From positions 53,625 to 117,624 of the IMG/VR virus record IMGVR_UViG_3300048597_000653: a stretch of 64,000 bases of DNA. One strand, 5' to 3'. Made by a program: the position numbers and the translations under genes. Shown here in pieces: positions 17,227 to 27,023 of this stretch. Each line of letters opens with the position of its first letter. The stretch's first letter is position 1. This DNA comes from a virus. Taxonomy: Duplodnaviria > Heunggongvirae > Uroviricota > Caudoviricetes. Below the pieces are notes generated by a model. It had not been told where the DNA came from, searched no databases, and worked only from the letters and a program-made list of their open reading frames with translations.

Positions 17227-17724
17227 ATGCTGCCGAATGCCAACCTTGTCGCCAGGGCCAGACAGGCTCTGTACTCGCTGAAGCGTGAGTACGGTGGCCG
17301 AATCGATCTGTACAAGTTGCTATCCTCCCAGACAGACGTTCGCACCGGCGAAAAGGTCCGTCTGAAGGAAGTCTATCCCATCCAGCGGGCCGTCATTCTG
17401 CCTGGCAAACGAACACGGCAAGTCGATCAATCGATTTCGCAGATTTCCGCCAACAAGTCGTTCGTGATGGGCGGAACGGTCGATGAGACCGCTCGCCGCT
17501 TTCTGATTGATCGCCTGGACGTGCCGCAACTCAGTCAGATCACCAGCGATGACTGGATCGTCTTCGCTGGTCGCAAGTATCAGATCGAAGCGGTGGAAGC
17601 ATTCGAGTTTGATACCGGCTGGATTGTGGACGCGAAAGAACTGTGCGGGGAAATCCCTGAACAGATTTTCATCGCTCGTGCGGACAATTTGCTGAATCTG
17701 ACTTCGCAGGCCATTACGTCGTGA
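17227..17724 (+). CDS. hypothetical protein; positional candidate head-tail connector or completion protein
   Basis: 165-aa ORF between the capsid and tail genes. Confidence 0.4.
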   Translation: MLPNANLVARARQALYSLKREYGGRIDLYKLLSSQTDVRTGEKVRLKEVYPIQRAVILPGKRTRQVDQSISQISANKSFVMGGTVDETARRFLIDRLDVPQLSQITSDDWIVFAGRKYQIEAVEAFEFDTGWIVDAKELCGEIPEQIFIARADNLLNLTSQAITS

Positions 17725-17731
17725 GGTTGCT

Positions 17732-18244
17732 ATGCCTGCGAACCCGAACTGGGCACGGTGGATCTTTGCCTCCGTCGCCTACCATCTGAAGCAAGTGGCA
17801 ACCGTCAACTCGATCCCGGTGCTGATCGAGCACTTGGACGAACGCAGTACCGGCACGATGGAACCCACGCTGCGAGCGGAGATTCGCATCACCGGACCTT
17901 ACACGCGAGAGCTAAGCCACGGTTTCTATCGCATCTTCGCTGACGTGAACGTACTGCTGACCAGCCGCTACGAAGGTGACCAAAAGAACGCCTACGACAT
18001 TCTGATTGCGGCGGGCCACTTTCACACCGCGATGGATGGACCGATTCCAGTCTGGAATTACGGCGGTGAACTCAACGACTACGACCCCGACGTACCTGAA
18101 ACACAACTCCACCTCGGTTGCCTGACGCCGAGGGACGGCAAGAACGACCTAGTCAGGGTTTTGAACTTCGGACAGATCGACAAAGTGAGCAAGGTCAGGC
18201 AAACCGCAGTTGATGCTCGCTACGTCATGGACTTGCAAGACTGA
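17732..18244 (+). CDS. hypothetical protein; positional candidate head-tail adaptor or tail terminator
   Basis: 170-aa ORF between the capsid and tail genes. Confidence 0.4.
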   Translation: MPANPNWARWIFASVAYHLKQVATVNSIPVLIEHLDERSTGTMEPTLRAEIRITGPYTRELSHGFYRIFADVNVLLTSRYEGDQKNAYDILIAAGHFHTAMDGPIPVWNYGGELNDYDPDVPETQLHLGCLTPRDGKNDLVRVLNFGQIDKVSKVRQTAVDARYVMDLQD

Positions 18245-18262
18245 TTGGGAGGCAAACAACAC

Positions 18263-18994
18263 ATGGCTCGCATCGAACTGCGAAACACGACGATTTTGAT
18301 GAAAGACGGCTTGGCGGGCACCGCCGCCGTGGACGATATGGCGGCTGCGATGGGGGACACCTCCATCGGCGTGGATACCGTGGCGCTGAACACCGCGGTG
18401 ACCACCAAGATTCCGATCGGCGCCCGCTTTACCGTGACGGGCGAAACCGGGTCTCCCGTGCATGTGGTCACCGCACGTACACCGACCAGTGTCGGACCGA
18501 CAACCTCGATCACTTTCACCCCGGCACTCGCGTCGGGCGTCTCGAACGACGCAGTCATCACCTTTGGCTCGCAGCAGATCGAGATCAAGATCGGTGAAGG
18601 TGATCTCACCTACACGGAAACCGATCAGTACACCTACGATCTCGATCGTGGTGAACTCGACACCGTGCGCCGGGGCGACGATGTCCCGATGGAAGTCTCG
18701 CTCGCCTTCACCTTCGAGCAAGTCACCACCGGGACGGGAGAGGCTATCACACCTGTCGATGCACTGAAACGCATCAACGGGGCCGCAGAGTGGGTTAGCT
18801 CTTCGGACGACCTCTGCGAGCCGTATGCCGTGGACATCGAAGTGATCCACGAGCCTCCGTGCGGCACAGCCCAGGTCGAAGAAATCTTGTTCCCCGACTT
18901 CCGGGCAGAGAGTCGGCAATTCTCGTTCCGTGATGCCCAGATTTCTGTCACTGGGCGCTGCAACGCAACTGAGCCGACCGTCACCCGGTCTTAA
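18263..18994 (+). CDS. putative major tail protein, paralog A
   Basis: GGGAGG upstream. The N-terminus MARIELRNTTILMKDG and the C-terminal ~150 aa are shared with the next gene. Confidence 0.5.
   Translation: MARIELRNTTILMKDGLAGTAAVDDMAAAMGDTSIGVDTVALNTAVTTKIPIGARFTVTGETGSPVHVVTARTPTSVGPTTSITFTPALASGVSNDAVITFGSQQIEIKIGEGDLTYTETDQYTYDLDRGELDTVRRGDDVPMEVSLAFTFEQVTTGTGEAITPVDALKRINGAAEWVSSSDDLCEPYAVDIEVIHEPPCGTAQVEEILFPDFRAESRQFSFRDAQISVTGRCNATEPTVTRS
18571..18693 (+). repeat. 123-bp block identical to 19616..19738
   Basis: Exact nucleotide identity inside paralogs whose flanking sequence has diverged. Confidence 0.85.
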
Positions 18995-19004
18995 CGAGGG
19001 GCAC

Positions 19005-20039
19005 ATGGCACGAATTGAACTTCGCAACACAACCATCTTGATGAAAGATGGCTTCGGCAATGGCATCCACAGCCCCGTCGTGCTGGGCAACCAGTCGATG
19101 GGGGAAACGACCGTCGAGATTCAGCAGTTCCCTGCAAAGGTGCCGGTGGGCGCCCGGATGAACATCACCGGCAACTCCCAGACCTATGTTGTCACCGCCC
19201 GGACGCTGAGCCCTGGGGTGGACGAACAGCAAACGGTCGGCATTGACAACGCCTCTTCGGGCGGCAGCTTCACATTGACGTTCGACGGCTTCACCACCGC
19301 CGCGATCGATTACGACGCCTCGGCGTCGGAAGTCGAAGATGCATTGGAACTGCTGGATAGCATCGGCACCGGCAATGTCGCCGTCACTGGCGGACCTGGT
19401 CCGAACACGGACTGGGTGGTGACCTTCCAAGGCGACTTGGCCGACGCCAACCAACCGGCGATGACGGGCAACGGCTCGCTACTGACTGGTGGTAGCACGA
19501 CGGTCACAATCACCGAGACGACCAAAGGCCGGGCGGTGGACGAGACAACGGCTGTCACCGTGTCACCTGCTCTGACCGCGATGGTGTCCAGCGGCGCTGC
19601 GATCGAGTTCGAGCCGCAGCAGATCGAGATCAAGATCGGTGAAGGTGATCTCACCTACACGGAAACCGATCAGTACACCTACGATCTCGATCGTGGTGAA
19701 CTCGACACCGTGCGCCGGGGCGACGATGTCCCGATGGAGGTGAGCCTGGCGTTCACCTTCGAGCACGTCACCACCGGCACAAATGAAGCGATCTCGCCTG
19801 TCGATGCACTGAAGCGCATCAATGGCGCGTCCGAGTGGGTGACCTCATCGGACGATCCGTGCGAACCGTACGCCGTGGACATCGAAGTGATCCACGAACC
19901 TCCGTGCGGCACGTCGCAGATCGAAGTGATTGTGTTTCCTGATTTCCGGGCGGAATCGCGCCAGTTCTCGTTCCGAGACGCACAAATCTCGGTCACGGGA
20001 CGTTGCAACGCAACTGAGCCGATTGTGACCCGCGTCTAG
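19005..20039 (+). CDS. putative major tail protein, paralog B, with an ~110-aa insertion
   Basis: Same N- and C-terminal sequence as paralog A, plus an extra central domain. Confidence 0.5.
   Translation: MARIELRNTTILMKDGFGNGIHSPVVLGNQSMGETTVEIQQFPAKVPVGARMNITGNSQTYVVTARTLSPGVDEQQTVGIDNASSGGSFTLTFDGFTTAAIDYDASASEVEDALELLDSIGTGNVAVTGGPGPNTDWVVTFQGDLADANQPAMTGNGSLLTGGSTTVTITETTKGRAVDETTAVTVSPALTAMVSSGAAIEFEPQQIEIKIGEGDLTYTETDQYTYDLDRGELDTVRRGDDVPMEVSLAFTFEHVTTGTNEAISPVDALKRINGASEWVTSSDDPCEPYAVDIEVIHEPPCGTSQIEVIVFPDFRAESRQFSFRDAQISVTGRCNATEPIVTRV
19616..19738 (+). repeat. 123-bp block identical to 18571..18693
   Basis: Second copy of the direct repeat. Confidence 0.85.
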
Positions 20040-20062
20040 TTTCTTCACGCAAGGGAGAATCC

Positions 20063-20521
20063 ATGAAGATTAGCGGTAAGGATCCCTCGACCTTATCGAC
20101 GGAGCACCTGCTGGTGTTGCCGCGAGGGGAAGAGAATCTCGATATCCGGGCCAAAGGGCTCAAGGATATGGAGGAGTTTGAAGTTCTGTGTCCCGCACCC
20201 AATGCACCTGTCAAGTTGGTCAAGGGTGGCAAGACAGTTCCGGATATGGAGAACGTCGGCTACCAAGCGACGTTAGCCGAATGGCATCAGCGACGATTGG
20301 CCTGGATGGTTATCAAATCGCTGCAAGACTTCGAGTGGGACACGGTCAACTTGGACGACCCCAGCAGTTGGAAGAACTGGGAGAAGGATCTCAAGGATGC
20401 CGGCTTCACTCAGATCGAGTGCAACCGTGTGCTGCAATTGGTCCTGGAAGCCAACACGCTCAGCGAAGCGCTGTTGACTGAGGCGCGACTGGCTTTTCTA
20501 CGTGGTCAGGCGGCGGCGTAG
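20063..20521 (+). CDS. putative tail assembly chaperone, gpG-like
   Basis: 152-aa acidic protein between the tail paralogs and the tape measure. An ORF in the -1 frame overlaps its 3' end. Confidence 0.5.
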   Translation: MKISGKDPSTLSTEHLLVLPRGEENLDIRAKGLKDMEEFEVLCPAPNAPVKLVKGGKTVPDMENVGYQATLAEWHQRRLAWMVIKSLQDFEWDTVNLDDPSSWKNWEKDLKDAGFTQIECNRVLQLVLEANTLSEALLTEARLAFLRGQAAA

Positions 20522-20733
20522 GCACCGTCCTCTGGCCGAAGTACCGCACGACTGAGTATACGATCTGGCAAGCGTGCGAACGGCTGGGCATTCGCCCACC
20601 TGGCGTACGCGATCGCTGGGATGACCACGGCACTCAGCTTCAAGCGTTGATCCTGGCCTACCACCAGACTCGTAGTCACGACGAGCAAGAGCATGAGGCA
20701 ACGATCATGGGGCAGGGACGCCCCACCGGATAA
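20482..20733 (+). CDS. -1-frame extension ORF; putative GT-like frameshift product
   Basis: 83-codon ORF in the -1 frame with no start codon. GCU UUU CUA allows a tRNA-Phe P-site slip from 20495-97 to 20494-96. Its stop overlaps the next ATG as TAATG. Confidence 0.35.
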   Translation, partial: GATGFSTWSGGGVGTVLWPKYRTTEYTIWQACERLGIRPPGVRDRWDDHGTQLQALILAYHQTRSHDEQEHEATIMGQGRPTG

Positions 20734-21260
20734 TGCTGAGGTGCGAAATGCGTTTACACGGCACATTTCGCATCCCTCGTCTCAACTTGCAGGCCTACAA
20801 GTCCGTGCTGCAAGAAGAGCTTGGGCGAGCCATTACCCAAGCGGCTTTGGAGTGGTTGGGGGCAACCACCGCCTTGATCCCCGTGTGGAGCGGGGCATCG
20901 ATCGCCACCTTCCAGCCGTTGGCAAGTGAAGTCGGTTTTCAACTGGCCTCGCTGGCGAACATCCGCGCGTTCAAGAATCGAATCCCGCTCGGGCTACAGA
21001 ACGCGGAAGGCGATGTTCAGACCGATGTGGACGCGGGCCAGTTCACGTTTACCTATCGCACGACGCTGGCCCACCTGATCTACAACGAATTCAACAACGC
21101 GAACATCTCCCCTGACCCCACGCTGTTTGCGGGGCTCATCACGCCTGGCCCGTACGAGTTTCAACGTCACGGCCAACAGGCGTTTGACAGGTTCGCTTCG
21201 ACCGTCCGGCTGCCGGACCCCACCAAGAATCTGACCGTTAAGACGGTCCGAGTGCGTTGA
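20733..21260 (+). CDS. hypothetical tail protein
   Basis: Alternative start at 20748 has GAGG 7 nt upstream. About 170 aa. Confidence 0.5.
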   Translation: MLRCEMRLHGTFRIPRLNLQAYKSVLQEELGRAITQAALEWLGATTALIPVWSGASIATFQPLASEVGFQLASLANIRAFKNRIPLGLQNAEGDVQTDVDAGQFTFTYRTTLAHLIYNEFNNANISPDPTLFAGLITPGPYEFQRHGQQAFDRFASTVRLPDPTKNLTVKTVRVR

Positions 21261-24200
21261 TGGCTGACGAAATCAAGCAAGAACTGGGCTTCGACGTTGC
21301 GCAGGCGCTGGAAGCACTGCGTAGTCTTGATGCCGGTTTCGCTTCCTTCGATCAACGAATCGCCTCCACTACGAAGACGCTCTCGTCGTTCAACCAGCAG
21401 GGACGGACCGCGGCCAAGACGCTGGACGGCTTGACTCAGTCGTTCAACGCAACTGCGGCTGCTGCCAACAGCGCCTCCGCAGGGGTTAGCGCGGCCGGGA
21501 CAACGATCACGACGTCGATGTCGAACGTCGGGCAATCGGCTCGTAACAATCTCAGTAATGCCACGAAGGCGACGAACAGTTTCCTGGTCAGCTTCGAGAC
21601 GTTGAGCAGGGTCGTTGCCACTCAGGCGATCGTCCGCGGTTTGAACCTGATCCGCACAGCGGTCGGCGATTCGTTCTCCGACAACTTGGAGTTCGTGCGA
21701 TCGATCTCGGAAATCTCCACGATCGCAGACGGCGAATCGTTCAGCCGCATCGCCTCCCAGGTTCGTCAAGTCTCGGACGAATTCAACATCCCGTTGTTGG
21801 AATCCGCCCAAGCGAAGTACGAAGCGATCTCGAACGGCTTCACCACAGCCGCGCAGCAAGCGGAGGTGATGACCAGCGCCATCAAGTTCAGCAAAACGGC
21901 GGTGGCCACGCTCGACGATTCGGTCGATGCCATCACTGGCACGCTGAATGCTTTCGGCGAAGGTGCTGATCGAGCGGAGTCGGTCGCTGCCAAGTTATTC
22001 CGCACGGTAGACCTCGGTAAGGTGGTCGGTAGTGAATTGGCTACCAGCTTAGGCCGTGTGTCGGCGGTCTCGGCGGAGGTTGGGGTCAGCCTCGACGAGC
22101 AGTTGGCTGCCATCGGTACGATCACCATCGGCGGTGTGAAAGCGTCCGAAGCAGTCACGCAGTTGCGTGCCTCGCTGTCAGCGCTCATCAAACCGTCGGA
22201 TGCCGCCAAGGAAGCATTACGGACGCTCGGCTTCGAGAATGGCCAGCAACTGATTGCTGCTCGCGGTTTGCAAGGTGCCTTCCAAGCGTTGATTGGCACA
22301 ACCAACGGGTCGGCCGACTCGATCGCGAAGCTCTTCCCCAACGTCCGCGCGTTGAACGCCGTGCTGCGGTTGACGCAGACTGGTGCCGCGCGGTTCCAAG
22401 AGCAATTGCAGGAAATCAGCAACACCGACGTGGCCCAGTTCAACGAGAAGTTTGAACTGCGGATTGACACGAACGCGGAGCGAGTGGCCGCCGATCTGAA
22501 TCGGCTCAAGAATTTCCTCACCGTGGAACTGGGTGCGGCCCTGGTGCAACGGACCAGCGACCTCTTGGCTTTTGCCGGAGGTGTCGATGGGCTGATCGAT
22601 GCACTGAAAGCCTTGGCACCGGTCGCCACCGTTGCGATTGCGGCGTTGGGTGCTTATGCGGCTGCGGTCAGTTTGTCGAGTCTGAACACACGACTGCTGA
22701 ATCTCGATCTCACGGCACTCACACCTGCGTTCACGTCTCTGGCCGGTCAGTTGCTCGGCGCCGAGTCGGCCGCGGTCGCCGCCAAGGCCGCTGTGGGCGG
22801 ACTGAGCTTGGCGTTCCGTGGCTTGTTCGCGGTCTTGGCGGCGCAGGCGACGATTGACTTCCTGACCGATCGTCTCACCGGCACGTTGCAGGACGCTGTC
22901 GAAGAGTTCAATAAGGGCCAAGGCAAGATTGTTGCCGCCAACAAGTCGGCGGTCGATCGCCAGATTGAATTGGAGAACCGCAAGAATCAACAGATTGCGA
23001 GGGACTTCAACGATATCATCGCGGTGAAGCGAGCATCCTATTTCAAGGATGTGGAAAACGCCCAAGAGGCGAACCGCCAACTGATTGACGGTAATCGGCT
23101 GGTGCTCGATCGGATCATCTCCGCGCGGCAGTCATTCGCCAATGACCTGCAACGTGTCTCCGATCAGTCGCAAAAAGCGGTGCTGGACTCACAAAAGCGT
23201 CAACTGGACGCCGAGGGACAACTCGAAGACAAACGGTTCTCTTTCCAGAATCGTCGCTTCTCACAAGCGTCTCAGGCGATTCGCCTTCAGCAACGGGCTG
23301 AACAGCTTGCCTCAGAGGCTGCCAGCAAACTCGCTAAGGCCAGCACACCGGAAGATCGAGAGCAATCCCTCTCGTTGTTCCAGCGTGCCCAAGGCTTTGC
23401 CGAGCAGTCAGCGGCAATCGCCGATCAGACGAACAACCTCGGGTTGAAGCTGCGAGCCGAACGGGCCATTGAAGGCGTTCTGCAAGAACAGATCGACGCT
23501 GAGCGATCGCTGCAACAGATCAAGCAAGCGGATGCCAAGCGATCGGCCGAACTGGCGGCTCAAGAAGAGCAGCGAGTCACCCGGCTCAAGACGCTGGCGA
23601 AGCTGATCCTCGACAACAGCAACCTGTTCGATAAACAGGGCAAACCGGTCTCGGAGGAAGAATCCACCCAGCGTCGGTCAAATGCTCGGGCGGCACTGGA
23701 CGAGTTCCGCAACCTGGCGTTCCAAGGTTCCAACTTTGACGTCAGCACGCTGTTCGAGTTCGATCGTCTGCGGCAACGGATCGACGAGTCGATCACAGGC
23801 GGCGAGGTCAAATCGCTGCTGGCTACACCTGACGCACTGAACAGTCTGGCCAACCAGATCAGAGGATCGTTGGACGCTCAGCAGTTCGTGGTGCGGTTGG
23901 TGCCCGAACTGGCGGGCAAGTCGTTCTCCGATCAAGCTCAAGGGGCCAGCGACCGAGTCTCGGAAGTAACTGAGCAGGTTGCTGACCTACGTCGTCAGCA
24001 GTCCGAAGCGATTGCCGCACAAGATCAGATCAACCGGTTAGCGGCTGCCATCCCTGCCATCTTCGAGAATGGAGAACAGGGGGCCACTCAGTTTCTGAAC
24101 GCCCTGATTAACGGCTTCTCGACCAGCAAGGAGCGTATCACTGCATTGCAAAGTGCAGTCGAGTTCTTCAAGCAAGAGATTCAAGAGGGGCTCCAGAATC

Positions 24201-24904
24201 CTGACTTCGGTCAAGGTGAATTGAACAACTTGCTCAACAAGCTGACTCAGCTTGACCAAGTTGCTCCGGGGTTTGCTCGCTTGGACCTCAGCACTGTACG
24301 CAGTGCCTTGGATCAGTTGCAACAGATCGTGCAACTTCGACAGCAGTTGGAAGGCAATGCCTTTGGACCGGGTGGCGAAGGTGCTTCGCAGCTTCAGCAG
24401 CAGATGCAGTTCTTGGAGACGATCCGTCAGCAAACCGAGGCGGTTCGCCAGAACACCGTCGAAGCGGCGTCGGCCTCGTTTACGGACAGCGCGACCGCAA
24501 CGCAGCAGATGGCTGCCAACACCGCTGCGGTGTTAGCCAACCTCAAAGCCGCTGCGGCGGCATCCGCTCAGATTCGGCCGCCTGTAAGCCGAGCCACGGG
24601 CGGGATGATTAGCTACTTGGAGCAAGGTGGGTTTGCTCCACGAGGGACCGATACCGTTCCGGCGATGCTCTCACCGGGCGAGTTTGTGGTCAACGCACGT
24701 AGCAGTCGTCAGTTCTTTTCGCAATTGCAAGCCATTAACGCAGGAGTTGCTCCTGTGTTCCGCCAGGATGGCGGAGCGGTCACCAACAACATCTCGGTCG
24801 GTGACATCAACGTGAACGGAGCGGGTAATCCCCGTGAAACGGCCCGTGAAGTGATGGCGTCGATTCGACGCGAACAACGTCGCGGAACTGGCCGCCGCTT
24901 CTAA
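21257..24904 (+). CDS. tape measure protein
   Basis: 1215 aa, rich in Ala, Gln and Leu with coiled-coil character. Sits downstream of the chaperone-like genes. Confidence 0.7.
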   Translation: MMADEIKQELGFDVAQALEALRSLDAGFASFDQRIASTTKTLSSFNQQGRTAAKTLDGLTQSFNATAAAANSASAGVSAAGTTITTSMSNVGQSARNNLSNATKATNSFLVSFETLSRVVATQAIVRGLNLIRTAVGDSFSDNLEFVRSISEISTIADGESFSRIASQVRQVSDEFNIPLLESAQAKYEAISNGFTTAAQQAEVMTSAIKFSKTAVATLDDSVDAITGTLNAFGEGADRAESVAAKLFRTVDLGKVVGSELATSLGRVSAVSAEVGVSLDEQLAAIGTITIGGVKASEAVTQLRASLSALIKPSDAAKEALRTLGFENGQQLIAARGLQGAFQALIGTTNGSADSIAKLFPNVRALNAVLRLTQTGAARFQEQLQEISNTDVAQFNEKFELRIDTNAERVAADLNRLKNFLTVELGAALVQRTSDLLAFAGGVDGLIDALKALAPVATVAIAALGAYAAAVSLSSLNTRLLNLDLTALTPAFTSLAGQLLGAESAAVAAKAAVGGLSLAFRGLFAVLAAQATIDFLTDRLTGTLQDAVEEFNKGQGKIVAANKSAVDRQIELENRKNQQIARDFNDIIAVKRASYFKDVENAQEANRQLIDGNRLVLDRIISARQSFANDLQRVSDQSQKAVLDSQKRQLDAEGQLEDKRFSFQNRRFSQASQAIRLQQRAEQLASEAASKLAKASTPEDREQSLSLFQRAQGFAEQSAAIADQTNNLGLKLRAERAIEGVLQEQIDAERSLQQIKQADAKRSAELAAQEEQRVTRLKTLAKLILDNSNLFDKQGKPVSEEESTQRRSNARAALDEFRNLAFQGSNFDVSTLFEFDRLRQRIDESITGGEVKSLLATPDALNSLANQIRGSLDAQQFVVRLVPELAGKSFSDQAQGASDRVSEVTEQVADLRRQQSEAIAAQDQINRLAAAIPAIFENGEQGATQFLNALINGFSTSKERITALQSAVEFFKQEIQEGLQNPDFGQGELNNLLNKLTQLDQVAPGFARLDLSTVRSALDQLQQIVQLRQQLEGNAFGPGGEGASQLQQQMQFLETIRQQTEAVRQNTVEAASASFTDSATATQQMAANTAAVLANLKAAAAASAQIRPPVSRATGGMISYLEQGGFAPRGTDTVPAMLSPGEFVVNARSSRQFFSQLQAINAGVAPVFRQDGGAVTNNISVGDINVNGAGNPRETAREVMASIRREQRRGTGRRF

Positions 24905-24920
24905 GCCCTAGGCAACTCAC

Positions 24921-24950
24921 GCGTCTGCACCTCATCGCAGACGCTTCTTC
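24921..24950 (+). terminator. hairpin gcgtctgc-N8-gcagacgc followed by ttcttc
   Basis: 8-bp perfect stem immediately after the tape-measure stop. Confidence 0.4.
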
Positions 24951-24985
24951 GCCTTCACCTCTTTGCAGATTGACAGGGAGATTCT

Positions 24986-25531
24986 ATGGACAGTCTGAAT
25001 TTGGCCGACAACGCTTCGGCCTTGGTCGAACGCGGCCGAAGTCTGGCCGAACGCTTGGGACTGAGCGGGATGTGGCACATCCAGCACATCCGCGACGGTC
25101 AAGTGTTGGCCGAATTCGATACACCCAACGGCATCACCGACGTCGGCATCCACAACTTGCTCGATACCGGATTCCGCGGGACTTCGCAAATCTCGACCTG
25201 GTATGCCGGCCTGGTGGACAACGCTGGCTTCTCGGCGTTTGCAGCCGGTGACACGATGGCCAGCCATGCCGGTTGGGCAGAATCCACTGCCTACGGTGAT
25301 GCCAATCGTCGGACTTGGTCGCCAGGCGCAGCGGGCACTCGCCAGTTGACGAACGGCACCACGATGGACTTTGCCATCAACGGTACGGCGACGATCAAAG
25401 GCATCTTCATCGCCAGCAACAACACGAAAGGTGGTTCGACCGGGACACTGTGGTCCACCGCCGCCTTCGGCAGCAACGTCGCCGTGCAGAACGGTGACAC
25501 GCTGAAAGTCACTTACACGCTCAGCGGTTGA
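24986..25531 (+). CDS. hypothetical distal tail protein
   Basis: 181-aa ORF after the tape measure. Confidence 0.45.
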   Translation: MDSLNLADNASALVERGRSLAERLGLSGMWHIQHIRDGQVLAEFDTPNGITDVGIHNLLDTGFRGTSQISTWYAGLVDNAGFSAFAAGDTMASHAGWAESTAYGDANRRTWSPGAAGTRQLTNGTTMDFAINGTATIKGIFIASNNTKGGSTGTLWSTAAFGSNVAVQNGDTLKVTYTLSG

Positions 25532-25543
25532 TCGGAGGATCTC

Positions 25544-26107
25544 TTGGCGGTCAATAAACCACAATTCCCAGAGAACATCTGGGACGGGCTGAGCGATAAC
25601 CCTTATCGCTCCAGTCGAAACGTAAACATCGACCCGACCTCCGACGACTACGATCGGATCGCCGCTGAACTCATCGCGACTCAGGAGAAGGTTCGAGAAC
25701 TAGAATCTTTGATGGGTGCCACACTGGCCCTCGTCAATTCGACTGGCGACTTCTTGTACTTCGGTACGCCGGTGGCACTGCACAATGGTCTGCTCGCCGA
25801 TGCTGATGCACGCGATGGTCAGCCCAACGTGGTGCTCGGCTTGGTGACGGACCATCAGGTTTCACCCGGTGCTGCGGCCAATGTTCGCCGCTCAGGTGAC
25901 TTGACCGGCACTTCGCAGCAATGGTCGCGAGTCACGATGTCGGGCGGTGCGTTGAATCCTGGGGCCAGCTATTACCTCAGCGAATCGCCAGGAAAGATTG
26001 CCGAGGAGCCGCCTGAAACCAGCGGCAGCCGCATTGTGCTGTTAGGCACAGCGGTCTCCGAAACTGAAATGAGCATGCTGATCCAAGACCTGGGCGAGGT
26101 GGCGTAA
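25544..26107 (+). CDS. hypothetical tail protein
   Basis: 187-aa ORF. Confidence 0.45.
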   Translation: MAVNKPQFPENIWDGLSDNPYRSSRNVNIDPTSDDYDRIAAELIATQEKVRELESLMGATLALVNSTGDFLYFGTPVALHNGLLADADARDGQPNVVLGLVTDHQVSPGAAANVRRSGDLTGTSQQWSRVTMSGGALNPGASYYLSESPGKIAEEPPETSGSRIVLLGTAVSETEMSMLIQDLGEVA

Positions 26108-26108
26108 C

Positions 26109-26954
26109 ATGCCGGAATTTACACAGGCAGACAACACGGTCAACGGTCGGCGTTTGACACTGGTGGAGGGCGAAATCTGGCCCGATACGCCAGACTCCGG
26201 ATCGTCATTTTTGCAGTGGCGCAATCACACGTCGGATTTGTGTGCGTTGTACTACGACGGTGCATGGAAACTCTACAACCACACTGGTGCAGGTCTTGAC
26301 TTGACCACGGCTGTCTCTGGCGGCCCAGTGGTTGCCGGTAACGACTACGCGGTCTTCGGCTATTGGACCGGCAGTGCGATGGCGATCGAGATTACCACAC
26401 TCGTGGACAACCTCGGTTATCAAGATGGCGTGAAGGTCAAGAACGGCGATCCGACTCGCCGGTATCTTGGTGCGTTTCGTGCCAGTGCGTCCGGCAAATC
26501 GCTGGATATTCCCAAAGCTCGGCTGTTGTACAACGAATACAATAAGCTGGAACGCAAGCTGCTGGTTCGCGAAACCACACCGGTTTGGACGTTGAGCGGA
26601 GATACGCCAGGTATCTGGCGACCTGCCAACAACAATGCCAACAATCGCGTTCAGGTCATGCACGGCGGATTTGTACGTGTCTCTTTGCGATGCGTAGGAA
26701 TGAGCCAAGCCAATGTCTCCGCCATCTTCCGGCGAGTGGGCATCGGCAAGAATTCCTCCACTTCCAACCATGCGACCGAGCATTCGATCGCAACGCCTGG
26801 GGATGTCGTGTTCTCGATCGCTCACTTGGAAGACATGTTCACCGGCCCCTTGGGTGCGGTGTCTTACTACTGGGTTGAGGCGGTAGACGGCCCTGGATCG
26901 TCGATCTGGATTGGTCAGAATCGTTCGGAACTCAGCGGCTTTGTGCTGATGTAA
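26109..26954 (+). CDS. hypothetical tail protein
   Basis: 281-aa ORF. Confidence 0.45.
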   Translation: MPEFTQADNTVNGRRLTLVEGEIWPDTPDSGSSFLQWRNHTSDLCALYYDGAWKLYNHTGAGLDLTTAVSGGPVVAGNDYAVFGYWTGSAMAIEITTLVDNLGYQDGVKVKNGDPTRRYLGAFRASASGKSLDIPKARLLYNEYNKLERKLLVRETTPVWTLSGDTPGIWRPANNNANNRVQVMHGGFVRVSLRCVGMSQANVSAIFRRVGIGKNSSTSNHATEHSIATPGDVVFSIAHLEDMFTGPLGAVSYYWVEAVDGPGSSIWIGQNRSELSGFVLM

Positions 26955-26972
26955 CAGTCTCCCTTGCAATGC

Positions 26973-27013
26973 GTCCCAGCATGCCTCCGGGTGTGCTGGG
27001 ACGTGTCTTTTTA
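26973..27013 (+). terminator. rho-independent terminator inside the tail module
   Basis: 9-bp stem gtcccagca/tgctgggac with a 12-nt loop, followed by gtgtcttttta. Confidence 0.6.
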
Positions 27014-27023
27014 TGGTGATGCC

